Positions 43,721 through 54,744 of a stretch of DNA of 64,000 nucleotides are shown piece after piece. This DNA comes from Naegleria gruberi (taxonomy: Eukaryota), in the NCBI GenBank assembly GCA_000004985.1, contig GG738905.1; one strand, given 5' to 3'. Each line of letters starts with the position of its first letter. The stretch's first letter is position 1. The notes under the pieces were generated by a model. It was not told the DNA's origin. It saw nothing but the letters and a program-made list of their open reading frames with translations, and searched no databases. The translations under genes and the position numbers were made by a program.

Positions 43721-44611
43721 TTATTTGAAATATTTACATTCTGGGTTTTGGCGTTTACCATGTCCAAAACCTGGTAAATTCTTAGCATCTGGTTGTTGAG
43801 AAGCATAAACAGCAGCAGGAATGAGCTTTTTAGTAGTAGGTGCTTCCATATCAAATGATGTAAGATCAGTATATTGATTAAGTGGTGAGAAGAAAGAATT
43901 CGCTCTCAAATAATTGGCCCAAGAAAATTCTTGGAATTCTTGGTCAATCTTACCATAACCTCCTTGTCTTCTATCGAAATAAGCAAGAGAACGGAATGGA
44001 TCATTCTTTAAATACATAACTGAGGATGGAAGAGAATCTGGGAAATTATGTAATGGCTTGCCAAATTCATCATATGTATATGTCAAATTGTTCTTAATGA
44101 GAGTATTCCAGAAATTTGTCTTTGATAAGGTTGAATAATCTCTTTGAATAGTAGCGTAGACATATCTTTCAGTAATGTCACTATACTTTGGTGGAAGATA
44201 AGAACCCCTCATCATGAAAATAGCATAAATTAAATGGTGATGATCAGTAATATACAGACTAGAATTAGAATGGGTATGTTGATGATTAGAGTATGGACCG
44301 ATAACAACCGGAACTGGCTTCTTTTCTAATTGTTTGAAGAAGTCACCATTTTCAGCTAGTTCTTCCAATTTATCTCTTTTACATGCAGCAGCTACATAAC
44401 CAATTGGTAATTGTGTTGGAAAAGCATCAACAATTTTCATCAAACAAGTATCACCTTGCTTTGCAACACCCTTGTTAATCAAATCAAAACAGAAAACAGG
44501 TTCCGATGATTCTTTAGGTCCCTTAATCTTGAACCTTTCTTGGGGTGTTGCTGTTTGCACATAAATAACACCTAATACCAAAAGGATAGTTAATAGCGAG
44601 AACCCTCTCAT
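43721..44611 (-). CDS. Secreted hypothetical protein with a signal peptide.
   Basis: The probable start is MRGFSLLTILLVLGVIYVQTA at 44611, a classic signal peptide. The ORF extends to 44725. It is His-rich (HQHTHSN, ITDHHH). No family assigned. Confidence 0.45.
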   Translation of the reverse strand: MRGFSLLTILLVLGVIYVQTATPQERFKIKGPKESSEPVFCFDLINKGVAKQGDTCLMKIVDAFPTQLPIGYVAAACKRDKLEELAENGDFFKQLEKKPVPVVIGPYSNHQHTHSNSSLYITDHHHLIYAIFMMRGSYLPPKYSDITERYVYATIQRDYSTLSKTNFWNTLIKNNLTYTYDEFGKPLHNFPDSLPSSVMYLKNDPFRSLAYFDRRQGGYGKIDQEFQEFSWANYLRANSFFSPLNQYTDLTSFDMEAPTTKKLIPAAVYASQQPDAKNLPGFGHGKRQNPECKYFK

Positions 44612-44907
44612 CTTTTTTTTATTAAGATTTTTCGGAGTGTTGATATTGAGGCAGTGTAAGCTTTTAACAACAAAGATAAATAATGCGTACACATTTCTTT
44701 CTGTTAGTGAACCTTTCAATCTCATAGCATTTCAGTTTTTTGAAATTAGCTTTTCGAAATGTTCCCTCTGTAAATAGTTTTAGGAAACTAAATGAATATG
44801 AATCAATAATTAAGGGAATCAATGAGATGTAATAGTTGTAAACGGATTCTTATTTGATTGGATTAGTGGCGGCGGAATAGTTTTTTTTAGAATGAGGAAC
44901 GCTATTT

Positions 44908-45628
44908 ATGTGGTGGAATTTTGACGTCAATATCAAACCAATCAAAAAAATGAGTAGTAAAGTAGATGAAATTTGCAAAGTAGTACAGAAATACTCGGCT
45001 ATTGCATTTTCAGGCTTCTTAACTCTGCACTTGTCAAACACTATTGTGGGAAGAGTTTCACAGTCATTGTATGACACTTATCAATCATATTTGAGACAAG
45101 TGTATCGACCAAATTGGTTACTTGGAAGATCTGCTGAATATGTCTGCATTCTTACTCCACTAGCTGTTCATATAATTTGTGGTATTATTAGAATGAGTAG
45201 AAGATCATTTAATGAATCAAAATATGCCACTTGGATGGAATATTTGAAAAGTAAATTATCCAATCCATTACAACTCCACAGATATGCTGGATGGATTTTA
45301 ACCAGTATCGTTCCTATCCACGTTATTGCAACAAGATTCTTTTATCCAATTGATTCTGATTTCAGTCAAGTAACCCATTCTATGGAGAAGAAACCTGGTG
45401 CCTTAGTTATGCTTGCTACCTTATTATACTGCCATGTTATTGGCTGGTGTTTTCCATTATTCCTATGGATTGAATGCCACAATTTTCAAGTACAAGTTTA
45501 CAAAGAGATCTGTTTACATTGCATGTGGTGTTATATTTGCCTTGTCCTTTGCTGGATTCTTGGGCATGTCTGGTTATTTATATTCAAACATTGATAGATC
45601 CAACTATGAAATATGGAAACAATTTTAA
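44908..45628 (+). CDS. Multi-pass membrane protein of unknown family. The reading frame shifts near 45420-45470.
   Basis: ORF 44908-45594 has TM-like segments. A second, overlapping frame (ORF 45413-45628) gives a more protein-like C-terminus (GVIFALSFAGFLGMSGYLYSNIDRSNYEIWKQF). No intron of plausible size links the two frames. Confidence 0.4.
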
Positions 45629-45633
45629 ATAAA

Positions 45634-46392
45634 CTATAATTTAGATCTTCTTTCACTTGGATGTGATTCGGTGTATGGTTGTTTTTTCTCTTCCTCCCCA
45701 TCAGGAAGTATCTCAATAGTGACCCCTTCCTCTGCTTCTTTCTTTTCATCAGTGCCATCATTTTCTTGCGTGTTTTGTGGCTGGTTTGGTGCACCAAGTG
45801 GATTCTTTAAACCTAACATTCCAGCTAGGGCCTTTAATTTATCTTCGTTTTTGTGATATAATTCAAATAAATTATTACTATTCAATATTGGAGTTCCATA
45901 AACCTTTAAAGAATTAAGTTTGCATTTTCCATTTTGTTCCTCATCCAAAAGTTTGAATTGGAATTTCAAATATTTTAATTGAACAGGTTTAGAGAAAGAT
46001 ATCACAAACGGCCTTGTTCTTTTCAAATCCGTACTTCTGAGTCGTGTTAATTTTTTAAAATTAATCTTCTTTTCATCAATCGAGAATGAAATATTAATTT
46101 CTTTAGGAACAGAATTTTTATCCAAATCCAAAATAATTTTTCTAACATTGCAAGCCAAATATAATTCCAAAAGTAGTGTTTTTTGGTTGACAACATCGTC
46201 ATTATTCCATGATAAGCTTGTTGGAGGTGCATTTAAAACATGGGAGACATCCCGAACATTTTTGTTAGAAACTTCCAACAAGGAACTTCCTATCGAAGGA
46301 GAACTAATATTAACAATATTTTGCTGAGCATAATCCCAAATTTTTGGCACGAGAAGTGTGTAGAGAGCACCTGATGAAAGCATTTTTTTCAA
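45634..46392 (-). CDS. Galactose-binding-domain-like (discoidin/APC10/IFT25-like fold) protein. Assignment is tentative.
   Basis: 252-aa ORF. The middle region is beta-rich (LLLELYLACNVRKIILDL...VQLKYLKFQFKLLDEEQNGKCKLNSLKVYGTPI), reminiscent of F5/8-type-C-like domains. The C-terminus is acidic. Confidence 0.3.
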   Translation of the reverse strand: MKKMLSSGALYTLLVPKIWDYAQQNIVNISSPSIGSSLLEVSNKNVRDVSHVLNAPPTSLSWNNDDVVNQKTLLLELYLACNVRKIILDLDKNSVPKEINISFSIDEKKINFKKLTRLRSTDLKRTRPFVISFSKPVQLKYLKFQFKLLDEEQNGKCKLNSLKVYGTPILNSNNLFELYHKNEDKLKALAGMLGLKNPLGAPNQPQNTQENDGTDEKKEAEEGVTIEILPDGEEEKKQPYTESHPSERRSKL

Positions 46393-46691
46393 TTTTAAAA
46401 TAAATTATTAAATAATTATTATAATATTACAATATCAATTCAATGACGATCTTATTGTCCAATTATGTACAAGGTACAAAACTGTTCTCGATAGATTAAG
46501 AATAGCAATTCTAAAAAATTGAACAAAACATCAAACTGTTACCCCATCACGAATGCCACAACAGCGTCATCATCATACGAGTAGTAACCTCGTGAGCCAT
46601 CATCACTTTTTTTTCTTTGCCGCCTTGCTTGTGATTGCATTAATCATTCTCTATCTGATTGGAAAGGCCTTTGGATCAAAGTGATTTCAAA

Positions 46692-46701
46692 TTGGCGCCA
46701 A
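46692..46701. promoter_or_regulatory. TTGGCGCCAA palindrome (a CCCGCCAAAT lies at 46716-46725) about 60 nt upstream of the 46760 ATG.
   Basis: Exact 10-nt palindrome. Confidence 0.3.
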
Positions 46702-46759
46702 TAATGTAGATTCTTCCCGCCAAATGCAAAATAAAATTAAAAAAGTTTAAGAAAAAAAG

Positions 46760-48232
46760 ATGAACAGTTCTACCACCTCAAATTCAACTTATTCTCAAAG
46801 CTATAAGACTGGCAGTGACTCATCATCTTCCGGGTTCATTTCATTACCTGGTATTCCATCGGGAAGAAGAAAAGTATTTAGAAATGAACCTGTTGTATCG
46901 AATACTAAATATTCCTTCTCCTCTTGTACTAAGAGAAGAATTTTAAAACACGTTGCTGATAATGAGGATAATATTAATAACTATCTCGTGAGGGAGAATA
47001 AAACTCAAGAAGACGATCCGAAGAAGAGATTCATTTTCAATGCAGAATTTCATGTTTGTCTCCATACCAATAAGAATATCAAGGTAGTCAAGGATTTGGG
47101 AAAACAACCTTCCGATGTTGTTGATGTTGAAGGTAGTAAGCATTCTTTCTCCAATGCAAATGATGCTGCATGTTTTTATCAGGACAGCACAACAGAAAGA
47201 AGGAGAAGAAAGGAAGAAAAGCTAAGAGTTTTCAATGATACTGTAAAACAAAGAATCAAAGAGAAGAGTAAGTCAACCTTAATAGAAAAAGAAGCAGCTG
47301 CTGCTAGGATAAAATATGAAAAGGAGAGAAAGAAGGAGCTCTATAGAAAAATGTGTAATTATGGCAAACAAGCTAATAATTTGAATATGAAAATTGCGTC
47401 CGGAGGAACTACCCCAAGATTGAATTCAACAAATGGAAATATATCACCAAACTCTTCTAAAATTTCTTCTGGATCAGTAAGCAATACTCCCAGAACACCA
47501 AGAACACCAAGAGCAGATGCAAGAGGCCAAGCGTTTTCATTGGTAGATTTAGATTTGCAAGATCAAAGTCATGAAGAGTGTGAAGGTCATGACGAACAAT
47601 TTGTAAATTTCAAATCTCCAACCCAGTCCAACAGTTCTGAATCAACTAGTGTAACCACAGAAGACTCTTACACAAATGAATCAGACAATGGTAACCCTAA
47701 AAAGACAGTGAATGCCTTTAACCTTTTCGCCAGACAAAACTTGGCAAATGTTGTTCCATCAACTTCCTCAGAGGTTTACGCTCATTTCGAAAAGGGAATA
47801 AGCAAAGAGGATAACAATATTATTGTACAAGCTCCATGTTTTACAGTATACTTAGACGATCCAATTCATACTTTTACTCTCAACAAACCTAATTACATCC
47901 CTCTCAATACTAGTAAGGCTTCAGATAGCGAAATTATGTCATTCAAATCATCAGATACTTATCAATCTGCTGTTCATTCAAATGCTAGGTCAGGATCAAA
48001 TAAGGAACAAAAGAAGAAGGAATACAGAGAAGAAAAGAGGTATCTCAAACAACTCAATAAGCAGTTCTTAGAAACGGTAAAGAACATGAGTATTGAACTG
48101 CCTAGTCTGTGTCACTGTGACATTGAAACCATGGATGTCAATGCACAACATTCCAATAACTGTTATTACTTCCAAAATAAGAATGATTATGCAAGAGATT
48201 TATCTTCTCTATTTCATTCGTATAACCTTTAG
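46760..48232 (+). CDS. Ser-rich hypothetical protein (490 aa).
   Basis: Single ORF with low-complexity S/T/N/K-rich composition. Tandem TTGGCGCCAAT and CCCGCCAAAT elements lie 40-70 nt upstream. Confidence 0.45.
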   Translation: MNSSTTSNSTYSQSYKTGSDSSSSGFISLPGIPSGRRKVFRNEPVVSNTKYSFSSCTKRRILKHVADNEDNINNYLVRENKTQEDDPKKRFIFNAEFHVCLHTNKNIKVVKDLGKQPSDVVDVEGSKHSFSNANDAACFYQDSTTERRRRKEEKLRVFNDTVKQRIKEKSKSTLIEKEAAAARIKYEKERKKELYRKMCNYGKQANNLNMKIASGGTTPRLNSTNGNISPNSSKISSGSVSNTPRTPRTPRADARGQAFSLVDLDLQDQSHEECEGHDEQFVNFKSPTQSNSSESTSVTTEDSYTNESDNGNPKKTVNAFNLFARQNLANVVPSTSSEVYAHFEKGISKEDNNIIVQAPCFTVYLDDPIHTFTLNKPNYIPLNTSKASDSEIMSFKSSDTYQSAVHSNARSGSNKEQKKKEYREEKRYLKQLNKQFLETVKNMSIELPSLCHCDIETMDVNAQHSNNCYYFQNKNDYARDLSSLFHSYNL

Positions 48233-48302
48233 CTCCGAGTTGTCAAAGTTTGTAAATATCCCTAAGTTATTGAATAAATTAATTTTTATTCTCAACTCGT
48301 AT

Positions 48303-49970
48303 TTAGGCTGAGAAAATAACAAATATTGGTAAAATAATATCATTAATAATGAACGGCAGAATATCTTGTGTAGTAATGTAATAAGTTGAAAAACACAACA
48401 TTGCAATAGTTGTACAAGCATTTGTCAACATTCCCAAAGTTCGAAGAGAATGGTGAATAGTATATCCAATCCAAAAGAAAATCCTACAAAGTAGAAAGGT
48501 TATAGAAGCAAATACAATAATTCTAAGATTTTCTCTCGAAACATAATAACCAAGTATGAGACAGCCCATTGAATGCATTATAAACTGCTCAATTGAATTT
48601 TGTAACACTCTTTGATGAATAGTTATCCTTAATTGATGTTCCTTATTAATTAAATTAGTTAGTAGTGGATTACTCGCTTCTTCAAAAAGTCTATTCCTAA
48701 CAATGGCCACAAATACAAGTGGAAATATCCAAGAGCTAACAAATATACATTTCATTGTAAAGTAAAATCTTTCAGTCAAATTATCTCGTCCTTCCAATAT
48801 ATTTTTCAATACATCTGTATTAAAGTAAATATTATACCAAATAATTGCAAAAATTCCAAACATTGAAAATCCACTAATAAACATAGTTAACATATCTCTT
48901 TGTATAGTTCTGTTTGCTTTTTCTTGTTTCCTTATTGCTTCAATACTTTGAGGGCTACTACCATTAGGTGCAATTACTCTTGATTGAATTCTGAAAAATT
49001 TAGCAATCATTAAAGAAAACAACCTAAAGTATCTATTTTGAGACATACTTGTCAGTAACATATCATCATCTGTATCCGTATCAGTTGCAAAACTTGATTG
49101 TTGTTGAATTTGCTGTTTGTACTTTTGCATTATTCTCTGTTTTAACAAGGTTGGAGTTGAAGGATAAGTTTCAGTTCTGTTTCTTCTCGTAATAAATGTA
49201 TCCAAATTTCCCTCACTCTTTGTGTGAATAATTTTAGATTGGAGTGGAATTGGTTTTGTTGAAATTGGTTCTTCCTCCTCTTCTTCTTCTTCTTCCTCAT
49301 CGTCCTTCCTTGTAGAGAGGAGTTTCTCTGAATTACTTAAAATTGTAGAGAAATCCATCATATTTACAAGACTGCTATTTGGTGTTTGTGGACTCTTCTT
49401 TTCCTCATTGTTATTAACATTATCTGATTCCATTTCTTCCAAAGTATTATCATCATAAAGTAGAGCATTTGCTTCCTCTTCTACCAATTGTTCAAATGAT
49501 AGAAAACTTCCATGACTTGGTTTAATTAAAATTCCTTCCGATGACGATTCCGGAGTTTGATCATTCCCCACACCTCCACTAACAAGAGATTGTTTGTTAT
49601 ATTGTTGTTGGGTGGTAATGTCCATGTCTGTGTTAATTTCCTTCTTCTCTCCAATTTCCTCTCCATCATTAATGGAGTAAATTGGTTGTGTATGATGGTT
49701 GTTTGTTGATGATGAAGTTATTGGTTCTACTATATGAGGTTCTTGTTCTTCTTGCATTATTACTTGATTATTTACAGCATGATGATCATCTTCCGAAACG
49801 TGTGGTGCTTTAACCATTTGATCATCATCCTCTTGTTGTGTTGTTGATGATGAAGGTTTGGAGGTGGGTGATGACGATGATGAATTTTCTGTTAGTTGTT
49901 GGTGTTGACTCATTTTTAAAATGGTGATGAAGATAAAAATTGTGAATGGAAAATTTAAGGAGAATATCAC
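48303..49970 (-). CDS. Membrane protein with an acidic/Ser-rich N-terminal region and a C-terminal multi-TM domain.
   Basis: 555-aa ORF. The C-terminal ~230 aa carry 5-6 hydrophobic helices. The N-terminus has an EEEEEEEEEE run. The likely start is MSQHQQ at 49913. Confidence 0.45.
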   Translation of the reverse strand: MIFSLNFPFTIFIFITILKMSQHQQLTENSSSSSPTSKPSSSTTQQEDDDQMVKAPHVSEDDHHAVNNQVIMQEEQEPHIVEPITSSSTNNHHTQPIYSINDGEEIGEKKEINTDMDITTQQQYNKQSLVSGGVGNDQTPESSSEGILIKPSHGSFLSFEQLVEEEANALLYDDNTLEEMESDNVNNNEEKKSPQTPNSSLVNMMDFSTILSNSEKLLSTRKDDEEEEEEEEEEPISTKPIPLQSKIIHTKSEGNLDTFITRRNRTETYPSTPTLLKQRIMQKYKQQIQQQSSFATDTDTDDDMLLTSMSQNRYFRLFSLMIAKFFRIQSRVIAPNGSSPQSIEAIRKQEKANRTIQRDMLTMFISGFSMFGIFAIIWYNIYFNTDVLKNILEGRDNLTERFYFTMKCIFVSSWIFPLVFVAIVRNRLFEEASNPLLTNLINKEHQLRITIHQRVLQNSIEQFIMHSMGCLILGYYVSRENLRIIVFASITFLLCRIFFWIGYTIHHSLRTLGMLTNACTTIAMLCFSTYYITTQDILPFIINDIILPIFVIFSA

Positions 49971-50030
49971 AATTTAAAACTGGATTATATAATACAATAG
50001 AGAATGTTAACCTAGTCCAATAGTTTTCAA

Positions 50031-51074
50031 TTAATGACCATACATGAATCTGAATTGTTCCAAAAAGACGAAAGTGAGAAGAGTGTGAGGACCCAATCTC
50101 AAAAAGTATGGAGTGAAACCTCTCCACAAACTCAATATACCTTCATTCTTAATAGCCTTAGTAATGACATCAAGTGGTCCCTTATATTCAGGAACCATTT
50201 GACCAGTAACTGGATCCAAAACAGTTTTCATACTTTGAAGTCTTGTCTTGGCCAAATCTACAGGAATTGAAACAGCAGTTGATGCAAATCCACTGATTAA
50301 TGAACTGACACAGTGACATCCAATACCATCTTGCATAATATTGTATTTGATAAGAACTTCCTTAGCTTGAGAATAGAAAGATAATTGAGCAGCATTGAGA
50401 ATAACAGCTCTAGTAACAGTTGGTGATGTTCCTCTCCATAAACTCTTAATTCCTTCATCTTTAGCTATTCTAACTAATGCTTGACCTACATGGCTATAAT
50501 TGAATTTACCAGATGTCATTCTAATCAAACAAACTTCAGCAGGATTTCCTACAACCTAAATAATGATAAGTATTAAATTCCTATTTCCTTACTTACAGCA
50601 CCAATACCACCAGCAACCATTCCTGAAACAATTTTCATTGCAAAGTTTGGTTGAACTTTCTTTCCATTACTATCTGTGGTTGTGAGATAATCTTGCAGAG
50701 CATTAAAAACACCCAATCTAGTTGTTGTGTAAGTGAGTTGTCTCAATATACCAGCATCTAATCCTTTATAAATTCTAAGAATACCTTCTTGTTTAATAAG
50801 ATTAGAAACAATAGTCACTGGGGATCCTCCTTGCAATTGCATTCTTGTCTATTATTATGATGGGCAATAATTCAAACATGATGATATTATTCATCCTATT
50901 CGGAAATGAAAAATTTACCTTTATAAGATCAACTGGTTGAACAACACAAGTTGCCATCATTCCACTTAAACCTCCAAAGTAAAATCCTAAATATTAAACA
51001 TTAGAATCATTTGATTATATTGTCATCATACCTTGAGCACTTGTTAATGTTTTTGCCTTCTCTGTCGTTGCCAT
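50031..51074 (-). CDS. SLC25A11: Mitochondrial 2-oxoglutarate/malate carrier (SLC25A11 family). Four exons.
   Basis: Exons are 51074-51032, 50984-50919, 50847-50597 and 50555-50031. Introns are 50985-51031, 50848-50918 and 50556-50596, with GTATGA, GTAAAT and GTAAGT donors and TTTAG/AATAG acceptors. The spliced protein is MATTEKAKTLTSAQGFYFGGLSGMMATCVVQPVDLIKTRMQLQGG...LRQLTYTTTRLGVFN...VVGNPAEVCLIRMT...LWRGTSPTVTRAVILNAAQLSFYSQAK...LWRGFTPYFLRLGPHTLLTFVFLEQ. It is collinear with human OGC. Confidence 0.8.
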
Positions 51075-51251
51075 TTTTTTTGGTATTTTTACTTTTAGTT
51101 TTTAAGCCGATAAGTTGGTTTAAATTTTCCCTTCGCCTTGTTTGATATTTTCCGATTGAGTAAAAGTGCCATAACTGAATGTTTTTTCCTAACCGTGACA
51201 AGTGGCATCTTGTTTACAAAATTAAGATTCTCAAATAATTTATTCCTAGGT

Positions 51252-54149
51252 TTAGTTGGTTTCTTCGTCATCTTCAATAATGTGTGGGTTGACAAAACCA
51301 GTTCTTCCTTCAATGTTAACATCTGCTTGTTCTTCTTCTTCATCTTCTTCTTCTCCCTTAATTTTAGCAACTGGATCTTGTTGAGGACCAGCAATTAAAA
51401 GTAAAGAAGGCAAGAATAATAAACCATGAAGAGCTCCAGAAACTACAATAGACAAATACATTCTAAAGTAATAAATTCTGAAAAGTTCAGAGTGGGAGAA
51501 GGCAAGGACAATTACACCAATAAATTTGGTGAAGGTAATACCAGAAAGGACAGATGAGCCCATTTCAATCATGGCCTTCTTTACTCTGTCTTTATGGGTT
51601 CCTCTAGCTTTCATAAATGCTCTAGTAATATGTACACAAAATTCAACACTTATACCAATTGACATTACCAAGTTGACAACAGATAAAGCATTTACATAAA
51701 TACCCCAAACTGCCATAATTCCCAACAAATTAGTCAAAATCATGGAAATACAAATCAAAACATAGATTGAGGCAACTGGAGAGCCTAGTAAAATTAAAGT
51801 AGTAAGGAAAACTGCACCACTAGCAATCATAATGTTCATTGCTGAAATTTCTGGTAAATAGAGATATTGGGCGAAATAAATATAATAAATACTATAAGGA
51901 TAGGTTTCAAGTGGACCAAAACCGCTGGTTGGACTATACTTTTGTGGATTGGAAAGATAAGTGGAAGTAAAGTATGATGACTTCATACTATTGATAAAAT
52001 CTTCCTGTGTTACCAATGTCTTGGTTTGTGTCATTAATCTTGCTGCATCAATAGATTTTCCATCAGCAGAGAATTTCACATCTTGCTTAAATTGGAAGCC
52101 ACAAAGTGGGACAACTTGGAAATTAATTTTACAGCATTCTTCTTGTTGAAGGAATTCCTTTAGCCATTCTACATAGTGTTCAGGAGGTACGTGGCTTGCA
52201 GAAACGTTCTTGTGTGAGCATTCATTACTCAAAACCCACTTTTTGAAATCTGTGTAGAAGAAAAGAATACTTCCTCTATCCAAATACTCGGTTTCTGCAA
52301 CAATATTCATCATTCTACTCATTTGATCTTGAACTGCATGTGAAGTATAATCCAAATTCTTTGTAACATAATAAACAGGAGGTCCTAAATCAACATATTC
52401 TCTTTGTTTTAAAAAGTATTCACCAAGATATGATCCAGTTGGTAAGGCAGTAATTTGATCAAGACCTTGGCTCAAAAACATGGAAGCATAAATAGAGGCA
52501 CCACATAGACCAAGGAAAACAATTAGAATGAAAAAGCTCACAGGAAGGAATGTCACAATTGGTGCAATAATCTTTTTCATGATAAATCTGGCTCCTCCTG
52601 CAATACTGATCCAATCTCTAGTGAAGTACTTGTTAGTAATAACGACAGTAGGTTCCAATTCCAATCTATTAGAAAGTCTTCTTCTCAAATCCAAAGATAA
52701 TAAAGCAGAGAAACATGTAACCTGAAGAACAAAGTTTGCAATAATTGCAACACCTGAAAAGATACAAAAGGCTTGTACGGCAGGCATTTTGGTCAAACTA
52801 CCAAGCATGAAAGCCAAAAATTCAGAAATTGAGGCAAGGGTCATTGAAGAACCGACAGTAGCCATTGTTTCAGCAATAGCCTCAGCAACTGTTAACTTGG
52901 AGCCCTTTCTTTTAACAACTTGATCAAGATGGTTAGCCATAATAAACATGTTATCTACACCAATAGCAAGAATAAGGAAAGGCATGACCTCCATAATAAT
53001 TAATGTGGCTGGTACACCTGCCAGACAACAAATACCAGCTGAAATAACAATTGACATTACCACAATAATCACACCAGCAAGACCCATGATAATTCTGGAT
53101 TTGATTGGGTGAATTTGACCTAGTGAAATGGCAACATAAACAAACATTACAGCATAACTTATGAGAACTGTAGAAATATCTCCACTGGTTTCATCAGCCA
53201 ATTCATCTTGTACAGATCTTTCAGCAGACACATAAATGGTGGAATAAGTACGAGGTTTTTGAGCAACTTTCAAAAATTCCTTTTCCCATAATAAAGCTCT
53301 TTCAGCTGTCACATTATCATTATTGAGAAGTATTGTGACAATAAGTGCCTGTGCTGTGGCATATGATGTTGTTGCATTGTAGGATACTTTACCAAACATT
53401 TGCTTATCATAAAGAGGAATACCAATATCTGATAAACAAATTGGGGATAAACTAATTCTTTGACTAAAATCCTTGTTAATAAACAATACTTTGAATAATT
53501 AAAACATACGTGCACAAGTATACGTGATTGACGAGTTGGTTTTTTCCAGTTTCGAAAGTGTTGTAATTCATTTGATAAAATTGAAGTGGTGATTGAATCA
53601 TGCATCCCTTAGATGGAATAGGCTTGTAGCATAAATCATCAAGTGTAATAGGTGCTGTTGAACAATTTCCATCATAAATTTTAATACTGTCAATTTCTCT
53701 TTGAATTTGAAATAATTCTTCCATCATGTCCACATTGATTGCATTCGTAATTGAAGTGTTTTTAGGGAAAATAATCATTTGTTCAATTCTAAAGAATGGT
53801 GAGAATTGGTCATCGAAATAGTTCTTTTGTTTCACAGTATCACTGTCAGGTGGAACCTATCAAAAAAAACACATTAATATCATATGATGATTTTAAATCC
53901 ACTTACCCAAAGACCTTGAGGATCAGTGATTAATTGAATGTTTTTAATTCCCACACCAATTCCGGCAGTAAAAATCACTGCAATCACAATAAATAATATA
54001 GGAACTGTAGCAGTAGCATATCCAATATAATAAAAGATGGTACGGAAAATCTTATCCAAATAATATGATGGTAATGATAAATAATAGGATAAACCCTTCT
54101 GATTGTTGTTATTATTGCTATACATTTTGTGTTGATGAAGGCTTGACAA
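51252..54149 (-). CDS. NPC1/Patched-family sterol-sensing-domain (RND-type) transporter lacking the NPC1 N-terminal domain. Three exons.
   Basis: Exon 1 is 54149-53907 (TM1, then ...DPQGLW) with a GTAAGT donor. Intron 53857-53906. Exon 2 is 53856-53510 (VPPDSDTVKQKNYFDDQFSPFFRIEQMIIFP, matching the NPC1 segment [32 protein letters not shown]) with a GTATGT donor. Intron 53464-53509. Exon 3 is 53463-51252. It carries the SSD/RND core (GVDNMFIMANHL..., two 6-TM bundles) and an acidic C-tail. Confidence 0.75.
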
Positions 54150-54744
54150 TCAAAATAAATATGTTGTGTTGTTTAATAATCTATTAAAATTGTTTTAATA
54201 CTCCAAACACTGAATCAAAGTCGTTGTAGGGAGGAGGTATCACACAATTATAATACTATTAATGATAATGTTGATGCTGATGATGTATTAGTGTGCCTTT
54301 AGCCTTTGCAATAAGTCTTAGAGGAGTTTTTTTTTAGCTTTTTGTCAATACATGATCGGAATACGATAATCCAATGTAACTCCTCAATAATAATAATGGA
54401 GGAGGAATTAAGAGGCTTTATCAAGTTGGTTGATTTTGTAAATTTAGAGTAAGGAAGAGGAAATGGAAGGAAAGATTGAATGCATTCATGATATTGGTTT
54501 GAATGGAGAAGGTTTCCATTTAAGTTAAAGTTGTTGGAAGATATTTTTTTGGATTCAATGATCAGAATGAAATAGTTTAGTTTACAATAATATTTGAAAC
54601 ATGGCAAATAAAACTGTAGTTAAGAGATCCGTACCTGCACAATTACGGAGAGTCAAGTACTTGTTGTCTAATCACAAATCATTAATGGATCGCTTTAAAA
54701 CAGAGTTGACTAATCACAACTTCCTTCACATAAAAACAAAAAAA

